This document shows, one piece after another, positions 26,941 to 36,866 of a stretch of DNA of 60,188 nucleotides. How positions within the stretch are numbered: the first letter of the stretch is position 1; each line of letters starts with the position of its first letter. The stretch is from an uncultured Bacillota bacterium (lineage in GTDB: Bacteria; Bacillota_I; Bacilli_A; RF39; UBA660). The notes under the pieces were generated by a model. It searched no databases. It saw only the letters and a list, made by a program, of their open reading frames with translations, and had not been told where the DNA came from. A program made the translations under genes and the position numbers. The stretch lies in NCBI GenBank assembly GCA_946541645.1, contig CAMNJS010000002.1:1-60188 (forward strand). Reading direction: 5' to 3'.

Positions 26941-28269
26941 TTATTTTATTGTCAAACTTTTGTTTCTCCTTTTTTTCCATTTGGTTTTGTCTTTTTTATA
27001 GATAGCAATAACATGAGAACTGTTTGCATGTTTTTCATTAAATAATTTTTTATATTTATTATTATTTATTATGCCAAATTCGCTTTTTAAAGAGATTACT
27101 TTAGCTGTATCTTCTACTGAACATTTTTCAAGTATTGTTTCTATTTCGTCATCGGTTGTATTTTGATATATGCCGTATGATACGGCAATTATTCCGTCTA
27201 TTATGGGTGACAAAATTTTGATTACTGATGGGTGGCATTTGTCTTTTTCTGATATAGGGTGGCCTATTGATTCATATGGTATGCTTTTGGCATATTCTAT
27301 TGTAAACGGAATTTTTTTGTTTTTTTCAGTTAAATCATCGTACAAGCTTTCTTTATGTGGAATTTTTATTAGTAATCCATTTTGAACTAGATATACTCTT
27401 GTAGTTCCAATTTGACATATATAATAGTTTTCTTTTGTTATAATGATTACAGATGCGGAGGTTTCTGTATTCTCGTTGTTTTCCTTGTTTTTCTCACCAA
27501 TTTGATAGTTTATTAGTTTTATAGCGTTTTCTAAGTCTTCTTTAAAACTTTCACTGTATGGGTTAGATTTCCAAAACCATTCATTCATATATTCACAGAA
27601 CAAGTAGGCTGCATTTTCATTTTCTATGCATCCTGTTCCGTCAGCAATGATAATCATTTTTACGCCATGGTATTTTAAATGTTTTTTTATTATAGCTGTG
27701 CCTCCGATATTACTTGATATACCTAAGCCAATTGCTTTATCGGTAAAACTATTATCTTTTTTGTTTTCGTTTATAATTTTCGCTAAAAAATCGCTATATA
27801 TTTGTTTGCTTGATGGCCAGGTGCTTAGTGATATATCTTCTTTATAGTAGGTTTGATAAGCCATTAGAACTTTTTTTATTATTTCATTTTTTTCTATTAT
27901 TTTTTGTTCTCTTTTATTATATATGGTTGTTATAAGACTTATAATATCTTCTTTTGTTTTACAGTTAAAAGCTTTAAAAAGGTTGGCAAGTGATTTTATG
28001 TTTTCTACTTTGTATTCTTTTATTTTTCTATATGTTGTAACATCATTTATTATATACCTTGCGCCACCTTTTCTTGTAACAAACTCTAAATGTTTATATA
28101 CTGGCAGATCTTCATTGAATAGAATATTTATTAAAAAAGATATTGGGTTATATGAGTTTAGATTTCCTTGCTTTTTTTCTACGCTATCTGTTGTTGCTAT
28201 AATGGCATATATTATTGATGATATTTCATCTTCGTCAGTTAATTTTATATATATATCATTTTTTTTCAT
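26941..28269 (-). CDS. Hypothetical 442-aa protein; the C-terminal half resembles a degenerate PP2C-like (PP2C_2) fold
   Basis: AAGAGGT RBS before ATG 28269. MIIIADGTGC corresponds to the PP2C motif VADGMGG. ICQIGTTRVYLVQNG corresponds to GDSRxYL. IIAVSYGIY corresponds to LCSDGL. Two of the three metal-binding Asp positions appear replaced. The N-terminal ~190 aa are unrecognised. Confidence 0.35.
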   Translation of the reverse strand: MKKNDIYIKLTDEDEISSIIYAIIATTDSVEKKQGNLNSYNPISFLINILFNEDLPVYKHLEFVTRKGGARYIINDVTTYRKIKEYKVENIKSLANLFKAFNCKTKEDIISLITTIYNKREQKIIEKNEIIKKVLMAYQTYYKEDISLSTWPSSKQIYSDFLAKIINENKKDNSFTDKAIGLGISSNIGGTAIIKKHLKYHGVKMIIIADGTGCIENENAAYLFCEYMNEWFWKSNPYSESFKEDLENAIKLINYQIGEKNKENNENTETSASVIIITKENYYICQIGTTRVYLVQNGLLIKIPHKESLYDDLTEKNKKIPFTIEYAKSIPYESIGHPISEKDKCHPSVIKILSPIIDGIIAVSYGIYQNTTDDEIETILEKCSVEDTAKVISLKSEFGIINNNKYKKLFNEKHANSSHVIAIYKKDKTKWKKRRNKSLTIK

Positions 28270-28304
28270 ATTGATACCTCTTTTAAGTATCAATATTATA
28301 CATT

Positions 28305-28333
28305 TAAAAAGAATAGAAAATCAAGTCTATTCT
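28305..28333 (-). terminator. Terminator after the 782-aa ABC gene
   Basis: Minus strand: agaatag-acttgatttt-ctattct followed by ttttt. The 5' arm includes the stop codon. Confidence 0.55.
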
Positions 28334-30675
28334 TCAAACTGAGCATTATATAGTTTTGCGTAAAATCCATTTTGTTTCATAAGTTGTTTGTGAGTGCCCT
28401 GCTCTATTATGTTTCCGTTATTCATAACTAGTATTAAATCGGCGTTTTTGATGGTGGAAAGACGATGGGCAATTATGAAAGAGGTTTTTCCTTTTGTTAA
28501 TTTATCCATTGCTTCAGCTACTAATTCTTCTGTTCTGGTGTCTACATTTGAGGTTGCTTCGTCTAGTATTAAAAATGGTGAGTCTTCAATCATTCCTCTT
28601 GCGATGGTTAGCAATTGTCTTTGACCGGCGGAAATACTATCACTTTCGGATAATTTTGTTTCATATCCGTTATTTAGTGTTTTAATGAAATGATCTAGTC
28701 CAACTTCTTTACATACTCTTATTACTTCTTTATTTGTGACATTTTTTCTATTGAAAATTATATTTTCTTTTATTGTTCCGTCAAATAGCCAGGTGTCTTG
28801 AAGCACCATGGTAAATAATTCGTGTATATTCTCTCTTGATAGTTTTTTAGTGGAAATTCCGTCTATTTTTATGTCACCGCTATTTATTTCATAAAATTTC
28901 ATTAGAAGGTTTACCATTGTGGTTTTTCCAGCGCCAGTTGGGCCGACTATGGCTATTTTTTCTCCTGGTTTAGCTTGTGCGGTAAAGTTTTTGATTGTAG
29001 GATTATCGTTTCCATCATATTTGAATGTAACGTTTTCAAATGAAATGTTTCCTTTGATTTTGTTTTTTTCTAGCCTTATTTGTTCTGTTTCTCTGGACAT
29101 TTCTCCTTCTTCAAGGAACTCAAAAACGCGTTCTGATGCGGCAGCAGCAGATTGCACCATTGTCATTGCTTGGGCAATTTGTGAAAGTGGTGATGTAAAT
29201 AGTCTAACATATGTAATAAAAGCAACTATTACGCCAAATGTTATTATATTGTTCATTGTAAGCAGTGCTCCAACAATGCATACAGCAACATATCCAAGAT
29301 TTCCTATAAACATCATTATTGGTTGCATTAGTCCAGAAATGAATTGACTTTTTTTATTACTTTCACATACTTTTTCATTGTAATCGTTAAATTTTTTGTT
29401 AGCTTCTTCTTTTCCGTTATAAGCTTTTACGACATTTAGGCCGGAATAGATTTCTTCAATATGGCCATTTAGGTTTCCTAATTCTCTCTGTCTTGCTTCG
29501 AAATATTTTTGGGAATTTTTAAGTATGAATATCATGCCTATAAAGCCTATAAAACTTGATAATATGGCTGTTGTAGCCATTATCCAGTTTGTTATAAACA
29601 TCATAATTATTGTTCCTAAAAATAAAGTTATATTGCTTACTAGCGATGTTAATGATTGATTCGTTGTTTGGGCGATTGTGTCTACATCGTTTGTTACTAT
29701 AGATAAAATGTCTCCACTTAAATGTTTATCAAAATATTTTAATGGTAGTTTATTTATTTTTTTTGATATTCTTTTACGTAAATTATTGGCAAAGTTGTTT
29801 GATATTGTGCTCATGATAATAGATTGGATGTATGTGAAGCTTGCACTAAAAATGTATAGACATAATAGGAATAAGGCAATCTTCTTGATTTTTTTTATAT
29901 CCATATTTGGCTTTATAGCTTTTTGTATTGATTTTGGCATTATATCAATTTTTTTATATAGTTCTTCTGGCTTTTCATTGATTGAGCTATTACTTAGTAT
30001 TTTTAAAAAAATGTATTGATCGCTTTTAGAAATTTTAATATTTTTTATTTCTAAATCTTCAAAGATTATTTCTTGCATGCTTTTTGATAATTGTATTTTT
30101 TTTATGTCTTTATTTATTGACGATAATAGTGTGATTTTTTCTTCTTGTGTTATTTCTATACCGTTATATGTACTTGTTGGAATAATAATTTTTTGAATTT
30201 TTTTTGGTAATTTACTTAAAAGGTATAATTTTTTTGTTTCATCTTGTTCACTTTTTATTTTTTCTAATATTTCTTTGAATATTAATTTTTCTTCATTATT
30301 AATATTATTTGATAATAAAACTTCTGATATGGTATTTTCATTTAATTTTATATTTAAAATTTGTGGTAATAAATTTTTTATGTTTTCTTCGTTTATATTT
30401 TTTGTTGCTTTTTTTGTGATTATTTCCAAGTTGTTTTTATTTATTACTAATCCTTTGGAGATTTCATCTGTTAGTTTTGATAATTTGCTTGGAGCTGTTA
30501 TTGATAGTACTGAACCTAACGCGGCGAGAGTGATGGTAATTATTAGGAGTATTTTATATTCTTTTAATTCTTTAATTAATTTTGTTACAGCAGTTTTGAA
30601 GTCTTTTGCTTTTTCTTTTTTTCTCATAGGTCCGTGTACTGGCATTTGATGTTTTTCGTTTTTAGGCATTTTCAA
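28327..30675 (-). CDS. ABC exporter, fused permease/ATPase half-transporter with a large insert between TM1 and TM2
   Basis: Six-TM ABC_membrane domain plus an NBD (GPTGAGKTT, ISAGQRQLL, LILDEATS). It is 782 aa versus 585 aa for its partner. It overlaps the partner gene by 14 nt. Confidence 0.85.
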   Translation of the reverse strand: MKMPKNEKHQMPVHGPMRKKEKAKDFKTAVTKLIKELKEYKILLIITITLAALGSVLSITAPSKLSKLTDEISKGLVINKNNLEIITKKATKNINEENIKNLLPQILNIKLNENTISEVLLSNNINNEEKLIFKEILEKIKSEQDETKKLYLLSKLPKKIQKIIIPTSTYNGIEITQEEKITLLSSINKDIKKIQLSKSMQEIIFEDLEIKNIKISKSDQYIFLKILSNSSINEKPEELYKKIDIMPKSIQKAIKPNMDIKKIKKIALFLLCLYIFSASFTYIQSIIMSTISNNFANNLRKRISKKINKLPLKYFDKHLSGDILSIVTNDVDTIAQTTNQSLTSLVSNITLFLGTIIMMFITNWIMATTAILSSFIGFIGMIFILKNSQKYFEARQRELGNLNGHIEEIYSGLNVVKAYNGKEEANKKFNDYNEKVCESNKKSQFISGLMQPIMMFIGNLGYVAVCIVGALLTMNNIITFGVIVAFITYVRLFTSPLSQIAQAMTMVQSAAAASERVFEFLEEGEMSRETEQIRLEKNKIKGNISFENVTFKYDGNDNPTIKNFTAQAKPGEKIAIVGPTGAGKTTMVNLLMKFYEINSGDIKIDGISTKKLSRENIHELFTMVLQDTWLFDGTIKENIIFNRKNVTNKEVIRVCKEVGLDHFIKTLNNGYETKLSESDSISAGQRQLLTIARGMIEDSPFLILDEATSNVDTRTEELVAEAMDKLTKGKTSFIIAHRLSTIKNADLILVMNNGNIIEQGTHKQLMKQNGFYAKLYNAQFEE

Positions 30676-32419
30676 GTTCCTCCTTTGAAAGCTGTGATAG
30701 AGCTATTTGTTTGTATACTTTACAATTTTTTAATAGTTCTTTATGTGTCCCTTTTCCGACGCATTTACCTTTATCTAAAACAATTATTTGGTCAGCATTC
30801 ATTATGGTTCCTATTCGCTGCGCGACTATTAAACTAGTTGAGTTTTTGGTATATTTTTTTAATTCTTTTCTAAGTGTGGCATCTGTTTTATAATCTAAAG
30901 CTGAAAATGAATCATCAAATATATATATTTCTGGGTTTTTAGCGATTGCTCTAGCAATGGCTAATCTTTGTTTTTGACCGCCTGAGATATTTGTTCCACT
31001 TTGGGCAATTTGACTATTATATGATTTGTCCATTTTAGTAACAAATTCTGTTCCTTGAGCTACGTCAATGGCTTTTTCGATTTCTTTTTTAGTTATTTTT
31101 TTTGTGCTTTTGCCATATGCGACGTTATAGCTTACGCTACCGCTAAACATAACTGCTTTTTGCGGAATATAACCTAGTTTATTCATTAATGTTTCTGTTT
31201 CATAATCTTTAACGTTGATATTATCTATTAAAACTTCGCCTTCTGTTGCGTCGTAAAATCTTGGCACTAAATTTATGAGTGTACTTTTTCCAGAACCGGT
31301 TGAGCCAATGAATGCTACTGTTTCGCCACCTTTTGCTTTAAATGATATATTTTTTATAACGTATTCATCGGCATCTGGGTATTTAAATGAAACATTTTTG
31401 AATTCTACTGTTCCTTTTTCTTCTGTTTTCTCTTTAAAGGTTCCAGGTGTTATGCTTAACTTTGTATCTAATACTTCATTTATTCTGTTTGCAGAAACTT
31501 GCGCTCTAGGCAATATCATAAAAATAACTGCAAGCATTAAGAAAGACATAATTACTTGCATTGCATATGAACTAAAGACAATCATGTTACCGAAAATGAT
31601 TAGTTTGTCACCCATTAGGGCATTTTTAATTAAATATGCTCCTGTGAAATATATAGTTAATGTCACTCCTTGCATAACTAAAAACATGACTGGTGACATT
31701 ATTGCAAATTTTTTTTGATTATATAGTAGTGTATCTGTAAGTTCATTATTTATTTTGCTAAATTTGTTTTCTTCGTATTTTTCAGCGTTGAAGGCTCTTA
31801 TTACTCTTATTCCTGATAGATTTTCTCTTGTAATGCCATTTAATTTATCAGTTAATTCTTGAATTTTTTTGAATCTTGGTACTACTATTTTTATTAATAT
31901 ACTTATAACTGTTAGTAGTATAATTATGGCTATTCCTGTTATAGTACTCCACTGCCAGCTTTTGTTTAGTATTTTAGTTACAGCCCAGATAGCGGTTATT
32001 GGGGCTTTTATAAGTAGATGAAGTCCCATTCCTATTAGCATTTCTACTTGAGTTACGTCGTTAGTTGTTCGGGTAATTAAGCTGCTTGTTTTAAAATTTT
32101 TTATCTCTTGCATTCCTAGGCTTTCAACTTTTTCAAATATTGCTTTTCTTATTTTTTTAGAAAAATCTGATGAAACATTTGCGGCTAAATACCCTGTTAT
32201 AATTGTACATATTAGGCTTCCTAGAGCACATAATAGCATATATCCTCCATTTATGAGGATGTCTTTCATTTTGCTTCCTTCGGTTTGAACTAATATAGTT
32301 ATTTCAGACATATAATCTGGCATTTTTAATTCTAACCATACGCTGCTGAAAACAAATAGCACGCATATAATAATATTTAAGTTGTCTTTTTTATTTAAAA
32401 ATCTAGTCAATTTTATCAT
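30662..32419 (-). CDS. ABC exporter, fused permease/ATPase half-transporter (heterodimer partner)
   Basis: Six-TM domain plus an NBD (GSTGSGKST, ISGGQKQRLAIARA, YIFDDSFSALD). Confidence 0.85.
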   Translation of the reverse strand: MIKLTRFLNKKDNLNIIICVLFVFSSVWLELKMPDYMSEITILVQTEGSKMKDILINGGYMLLCALGSLICTIITGYLAANVSSDFSKKIRKAIFEKVESLGMQEIKNFKTSSLITRTTNDVTQVEMLIGMGLHLLIKAPITAIWAVTKILNKSWQWSTITGIAIIILLTVISILIKIVVPRFKKIQELTDKLNGITRENLSGIRVIRAFNAEKYEENKFSKINNELTDTLLYNQKKFAIMSPVMFLVMQGVTLTIYFTGAYLIKNALMGDKLIIFGNMIVFSSYAMQVIMSFLMLAVIFMILPRAQVSANRINEVLDTKLSITPGTFKEKTEEKGTVEFKNVSFKYPDADEYVIKNISFKAKGGETVAFIGSTGSGKSTLINLVPRFYDATEGEVLIDNINVKDYETETLMNKLGYIPQKAVMFSGSVSYNVAYGKSTKKITKKEIEKAIDVAQGTEFVTKMDKSYNSQIAQSGTNISGGQKQRLAIARAIAKNPEIYIFDDSFSALDYKTDATLRKELKKYTKNSTSLIVAQRIGTIMNADQIIVLDKGKCVGKGTHKELLKNCKVYKQIALSQLSKEELENA

Positions 32420-32462
32420 TTTATTACTCCTTTACATTTTCCAGTATACTACATTAAGTATA

Positions 32463-32491
32463 ATTTTATTATTCTTTATTATTTTTGTCAA
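32463..32491 (-). promoter_or_regulatory. Sigma-A-type promoter (TTGACA - 17 nt - TAAAAT) for the ABC exporter pair
   Basis: On the minus strand, TTGACA is at 32491-32486 and TAAAAT at 32468-32463. It lies just downstream of the CE4 terminator. Confidence 0.6.
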
Positions 32492-32500
32492 TCTTCTTAA

Positions 32501-32530
32501 TAAAAAACGCGCCTTAATTATTGACGCGTT
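32501..32530 (-). terminator. Terminator after the CE4 deacetylase gene
   Basis: Minus strand: aacgcg-(13 nt)-cgcgtt followed by tttttt. Confidence 0.6.
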
Positions 32531-33917
32531 GGGTGATCATTGGAGTGTCCATTGTTATTCTTTCAAATGTGTATCCGCTTTCCTTACCATATTTTATTAT
32601 TTGTCTTAAAGCGTCTCTTGTGTATGGTTTTATGTCGTGCATTAAGACCATGTTTGCTCTTTCTTTTTTTAGCTGGCTTATAACATTATTATAAACACCA
32701 CTTGAGGTAGTCGTTCCTCCAGCGTCTCCTGAAGAAATATTCCAGTCGTAGTATTTATATCCTTTTTCTAATACGCTTTGTGTAAGTCTACTCATGATAC
32801 CTGCTGAGTATCGTTTGCTTACTGTATTTGAGGCTCCTCCTGGGAATCTAATTATCATTGATGTTTGGCCGGTTATTCTTTTTACTCTATCTTGAACTGT
32901 TTTTAAATCATTATAGAAGCTATCGTCAGAGGCGTAGACAATACTGTAATCATGGGTGGCTGTATGTAGTGCGACTGTATGCCCTTCATCATATTCTCTT
33001 TTTATTAATTCATCTGGGCCTTTGCAGGTGACAAAGAATGTTGCTTTTACTCCTTCTTCTTTTAATATATCTAAAATGATGTTTGTTGTACCGTTGTTTG
33101 GCCCGTCGTCGAAGGTTAAGTAAATAGTTCCAGGTTTTCCATCATTTAAAGATGTTTTATTTATAATATTTATATTACGTTTCAATATAGATTCATTCCC
33201 TGACTTATCTTTTACTTCATATGTTATTTCATATTTTCCAGCTTTGGCTGTGTTGACTGATCCTGCTGTTTTAATATTTTTTGAAATATCTCCGTCACAG
33301 TTGTCTTTTGCTATTGCGCCTTGCTCTTTGTATGTGGTTCCAACGTACAATGTCATGTTATCGCCACCGTTTAAAGCTATTTCTGGTTTTGTCTTATCTT
33401 GATATATTATCGTTCTTGTTACTGCTGTTTTATTTCCTGATGAATCTGTTACGCTATAAGTTATTTTATTGTCTTTCTTTTTAATTTTAACTTTCTTTTC
33501 TAGATTTTTGTCGTAATTGTCTGTCACAGTAAATCCCTCGTCTTTAAATTCAGTCTCTGGACAAACGTCGAAATTTGTGCCTCCTTTTAAAATTATTTTT
33601 GGCTTTTCATTGTCAATTATTTTTATTACACGATTTTTTTTAAATGTAATGCCATTTATTTTTGCGTAATATGTTATTTTATATGTGCCTATCTTTTTAT
33701 AATTGATGTTATTTTTAATTTTTGCGTTTTTTGTGTAGTTTTTGCCAAAACGCGTGACAATATATCCTGGCTCATTATATTTTTCGCCATAGTTTAATAT
33801 AATATTACCTTTTTTTAAGCTGAATTTTGCTGGCCAGAAGAAGTATACTAATATTCCTAGTGTGCATAAAAGTATAAATGTTATTAAACCAATAATAATA
33901 GCTTTTTTCTTATTCAT
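32514..33917 (-). CDS. Membrane-anchored polysaccharide deacetylase (CE4/NodB) with Ig-like (DUF5011-type) repeats
   Basis: N-terminal TM segment, then two repeats with DNxDxxL / DNCDGDIS motifs. The NodB domain shows IYLTFDDGPNNGTT, ALHTATHD and IRFPGG. Confidence 0.8.
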   Translation of the reverse strand: MNKKKAIIIGLITFILLCTLGILVYFFWPAKFSLKKGNIILNYGEKYNEPGYIVTRFGKNYTKNAKIKNNINYKKIGTYKITYYAKINGITFKKNRVIKIIDNEKPKIILKGGTNFDVCPETEFKDEGFTVTDNYDKNLEKKVKIKKKDNKITYSVTDSSGNKTAVTRTIIYQDKTKPEIALNGGDNMTLYVGTTYKEQGAIAKDNCDGDISKNIKTAGSVNTAKAGKYEITYEVKDKSGNESILKRNINIINKTSLNDGKPGTIYLTFDDGPNNGTTNIILDILKEEGVKATFFVTCKGPDELIKREYDEGHTVALHTATHDYSIVYASDDSFYNDLKTVQDRVKRITGQTSMIIRFPGGASNTVSKRYSAGIMSRLTQSVLEKGYKYYDWNISSGDAGGTTTSSGVYNNVISQLKKERANMVLMHDIKPYTRDALRQIIKYGKESGYTFERITMDTPMITQRVNN

Positions 33918-33934
33918 ATATTTACCTCTTACTT

Positions 33935-34537
33935 CTAAATTTTTACTTCGTTTAATGAGTATTTACATCCACAGTAGTTTTGTCTATATAGTTTATATTC
34001 TTTTGATAGTTCATTACTTCTTTTATAACCTTCCTTTTTCTTAAAGTCTGAATAAAGATATTTAATGTCATACTTTTCTTCTAATATTTTCCCAATTTTA
34101 TTTAATTTTTGTGAATCTTTGTATGGGCTTACTGATAGGGTTGTACAAAAATAATCATAATTTTCTTTTTTTGCTAGTTTTGCTGTTTCTTCTAGCCTTA
34201 AATAGAAGCATTTTGTACATCTTTCTCCACCTTCTTTTTCATTTTCTAATCCTATACTAATTTTGTCGAATTTATCGGAGTCATATCCTATTTCTTTTAT
34301 TTTAATGTTATATTTAGTTTTTTTTATTAATTTTTTTAGGGTATCTAAGCGTTTGTTATATTCTTCTTCTGGATATATATTGGGGTTGTAGTATAAGACT
34401 GTAATATTGAAATATGGATATAGTTTTTCAAGTACTGAACTTGAGCATACTCCACAGCAAGCATGTAGCAATAAATTTGGTTTATTTTTTAAATTATTTA
34501 TAATGTTTTCCATTATTATTTGATAATTTGTTTTCAT
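33935..34537 (-). CDS. queH: Epoxyqueuosine reductase QueH (DUF208)
   Basis: LLLHACCGVCSS near the N-terminus plus CTKCF and CGCKYS Cys motifs. 200 aa. Confidence 0.8.
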   Translation of the reverse strand: MKTNYQIIMENIINNLKNKPNLLLHACCGVCSSSVLEKLYPYFNITVLYYNPNIYPEEEYNKRLDTLKKLIKKTKYNIKIKEIGYDSDKFDKISIGLENEKEGGERCTKCFYLRLEETAKLAKKENYDYFCTTLSVSPYKDSQKLNKIGKILEEKYDIKYLYSDFKKKEGYKRSNELSKEYKLYRQNYCGCKYSLNEVKI

Positions 34538-34544
34538 ATTTTCC

Positions 34545-36032
34545 CTACTTTATGATTAGATTTTCACCAGTCATTTCATTTGGCTTTTCAATTTCTAGTA
34601 AATTTAGAATTGTTGGTGCGATATCTGATAGTTTTCCGTTTTTAAGCTTTAATTCTTTTTTGGTTATTATTAGTGGAACTCTATTTAATGAATGGGCTGT
34701 AATCATATTCCCATCTTCATCTATCATTTGATCGCAGTTTCCGTGATCTGCGGTTATGATCATTGTCCCATTTATTTCTAATATTTTTTTATATAGTTTA
34801 CCAATGCATTCATCTACGGTTTCAAGGCCTTTTATAGTGGCTTTTAAATTACCAGTGTGTCCTACCATATCGCCATTTGCAAAATTTAGGATTATTATAT
34901 CATAGTTTTCAATTATGTTTAATAATTTATTTGTTATTTCTCTTGCACTCATTTCTGGTTTTAGGTCATATGTGGCTACTTTTTGCGATGGTATTAGTAT
35001 TTGGTCGCAATTTTTTAAGGTTTCTCTGTTTTCGCCATCAAAGAAGTAAGTTACATGCGCATATTTTTCAGTTTCGGCAATTCGTAGCTGTTTTAAATTA
35101 TTTTCTTCAAATATTTTTCCAAGGTAGTTAACTATTTTTTGGTGTTTGAATAGGTTTTCGCATATTACAGCCTTATCTACTGGCATCATCGTTGCCACTT
35201 TTAGATTTTTAAATTTTTTGGTCTCAAATTCTTTAAAGTCTTTATTGGTTATTGCTTGAAATAATTCTCTTATTCTATCTGGTCTAAAATTAAATACTAA
35301 GATTCCGTCGTTATCTTTTATTATGCCATTTTCTGCCGAAAACGGAATGATAAATTCATCGGTAATTTTGTTATTATAGTATTCGTTAATTTTTTCTTCG
35401 ATATTATATGTTTTAGTAATTGTTGTCATTTGGTCGTATGTTTTTTTAATTCTATCCCATCTATTATCACGATCCATTGCATAATATCTTCCGCTTATTG
35501 TAGCTATTTTCCCACATTTCGTCTTTTCTATTTTAGATTCAAGTGTTTTGATAAATTTTATAGATTCATTTGGCTTTGTGTCGCGTCCGTCTGTAAAAAT
35601 ATGATAATAAATGTTTATGTTTTTGTTCTTTAGTATGTCGATTAGTCCTAGTAAGTGATCGATATGCGAATGCACTCCCCCATTGCTTAATAGGCCGCAT
35701 ATGTGCAGGTCTGAATTATTATTTATAACGTGTTTTATTAAATCGTTAAGCTCTTTATTTTTTTCTATTTCTTTATTGTTTATGGCTTCTGTAATTATAT
35801 CTAGTGGCTGTTTTACCATCTGTCCAGTACCTATATTTATGTGTCCGACTTCACTATTTCCCATTTGTTTTTCTGGTAGTCCTACGTATTTTCCACTAGC
35901 TTCTAGTAAACAGCTAGGATAATTTTTTAAAAGGTTATTAAAGTTAGGCATATTGGCCATTTTTAAGGCGTTGCCGCGTTCGTTTGTGTTTATTCCAACG
36001 CCATCTAATATACATAATAGTAATGGTTTCAT
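34545..36032 (-). CDS. gpmI: 2,3-bisphosphoglycerate-independent phosphoglycerate mutase
   Basis: LLLCILDGVG, MGNSEVGHINIG, GGVHSH, NFANGDMVGHTG and ITADHGN. Confidence 0.92.
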   Translation of the reverse strand: MKPLLLCILDGVGINTNERGNALKMANMPNFNNLLKNYPSCLLEASGKYVGLPEKQMGNSEVGHINIGTGQMVKQPLDIITEAINNKEIEKNKELNDLIKHVINNNSDLHICGLLSNGGVHSHIDHLLGLIDILKNKNINIYYHIFTDGRDTKPNESIKFIKTLESKIEKTKCGKIATISGRYYAMDRDNRWDRIKKTYDQMTTITKTYNIEEKINEYYNNKITDEFIIPFSAENGIIKDNDGILVFNFRPDRIRELFQAITNKDFKEFETKKFKNLKVATMMPVDKAVICENLFKHQKIVNYLGKIFEENNLKQLRIAETEKYAHVTYFFDGENRETLKNCDQILIPSQKVATYDLKPEMSAREITNKLLNIIENYDIIILNFANGDMVGHTGNLKATIKGLETVDECIGKLYKKILEINGTMIITADHGNCDQMIDEDGNMITAHSLNRVPLIITKKELKLKNGKLSDIAPTILNLLEIEKPNEMTGENLIIK

Positions 36033-36071
36033 ATTATCACTCTTTTCTGTATATATTATATCATGATATTA

Positions 36072-36102
36072 TAAAAACTACACAAATTAATGTGTAGTTT
36101 TT
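36072..36102. terminator. Terminator after pilD (palindrome, bidirectional shape)
   Basis: aaaaactacaca-aattaa-tgtgtagttttt. Confidence 0.75.
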
Positions 36103-36856
36103 AGTAGTTGTAAAATGTAATTATCGTGTTCATATCTATTTTAGTTAATAGTAGTAATATTGCCCCAGCGGCTAGAAATGGGCCAAATGGAATTATATGA
36201 TTCGTATTTTTTTTGAGCATAATTAATGATATTGGAAGACCAATTACTGATCCAACAAAGATGCTTAGTACAGCTATAGGAAATGTTAGGATCATGCCAT
36301 TTGTGAACATGAGTTTGATGTCGCCGTCGCCCATTGATTCTTTTTTAAATATAAAATTTCCTATTTTTTTTAAAATGAACATAAATATGAATGATAAAGT
36401 TCCATTTAATATTGCAATTAGGACTTTATTTAATCCATATATGCAACCGATTTCAGCTAATAAAAGCATTGTAAAAATTAATAAAATGTTATCTGGTATT
36501 ATCATATATAATATATCGCTTATAGTTAAAATTATGAGCATGGAAATAAACGTTATAGCAATAATTAAATATGGGGTTTGCCCGAAGATAATATATGACA
36601 TTAAAAATAATAGGCCAGTAATTATTTCAAATGTTATATAGAATGGTGATATTTTTTGACCACAATTTTTACATTTTCCTTTTTGGCATATATAGGAAAT
36701 TATCGGTATTAATTCATACCAATTTAAGTTATGGTTGCAGTTTGGACAGTGACTTTGGGGATATATTATCGATTCATTTTTTGGTATGCGATATCCCACT
36801 ACATTGTAAAAGGAACCAAATATAGTTCCTGTTATAAACATAATTAATTCTATCAT
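36101..36856 (-). CDS. pilD: Prepilin peptidase (A24 family; PilD/ComC-type)
   Basis: GSFYNVVGYRIP, zinc-ribbon CPNC...CKNCG and MGDGDIKL Asp motifs. AGGGGGA overlaps the pilC stop and sits 6 nt upstream of ATG 36856. The longer 36931 start overlaps pilC and has no RBS. Confidence 0.85.
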   Translation of the reverse strand: MIELIMFITGTIFGSFYNVVGYRIPKNESIIYPQSHCPNCNHNLNWYELIPIISYICQKGKCKNCGQKISPFYITFEIITGLLFLMSYIIFGQTPYLIIAITFISMLIILTISDILYMIIPDNILLIFTMLLLAEIGCIYGLNKVLIAILNGTLSFIFMFILKKIGNFIFKKESMGDGDIKLMFTNGMILTFPIAVLSIFVGSVIGLPISLIMLKKNTNHIIPFGPFLAAGAILLLLTKIDMNTIITFYNY

Positions 36857-36866
36857 ACTTTTCCCC

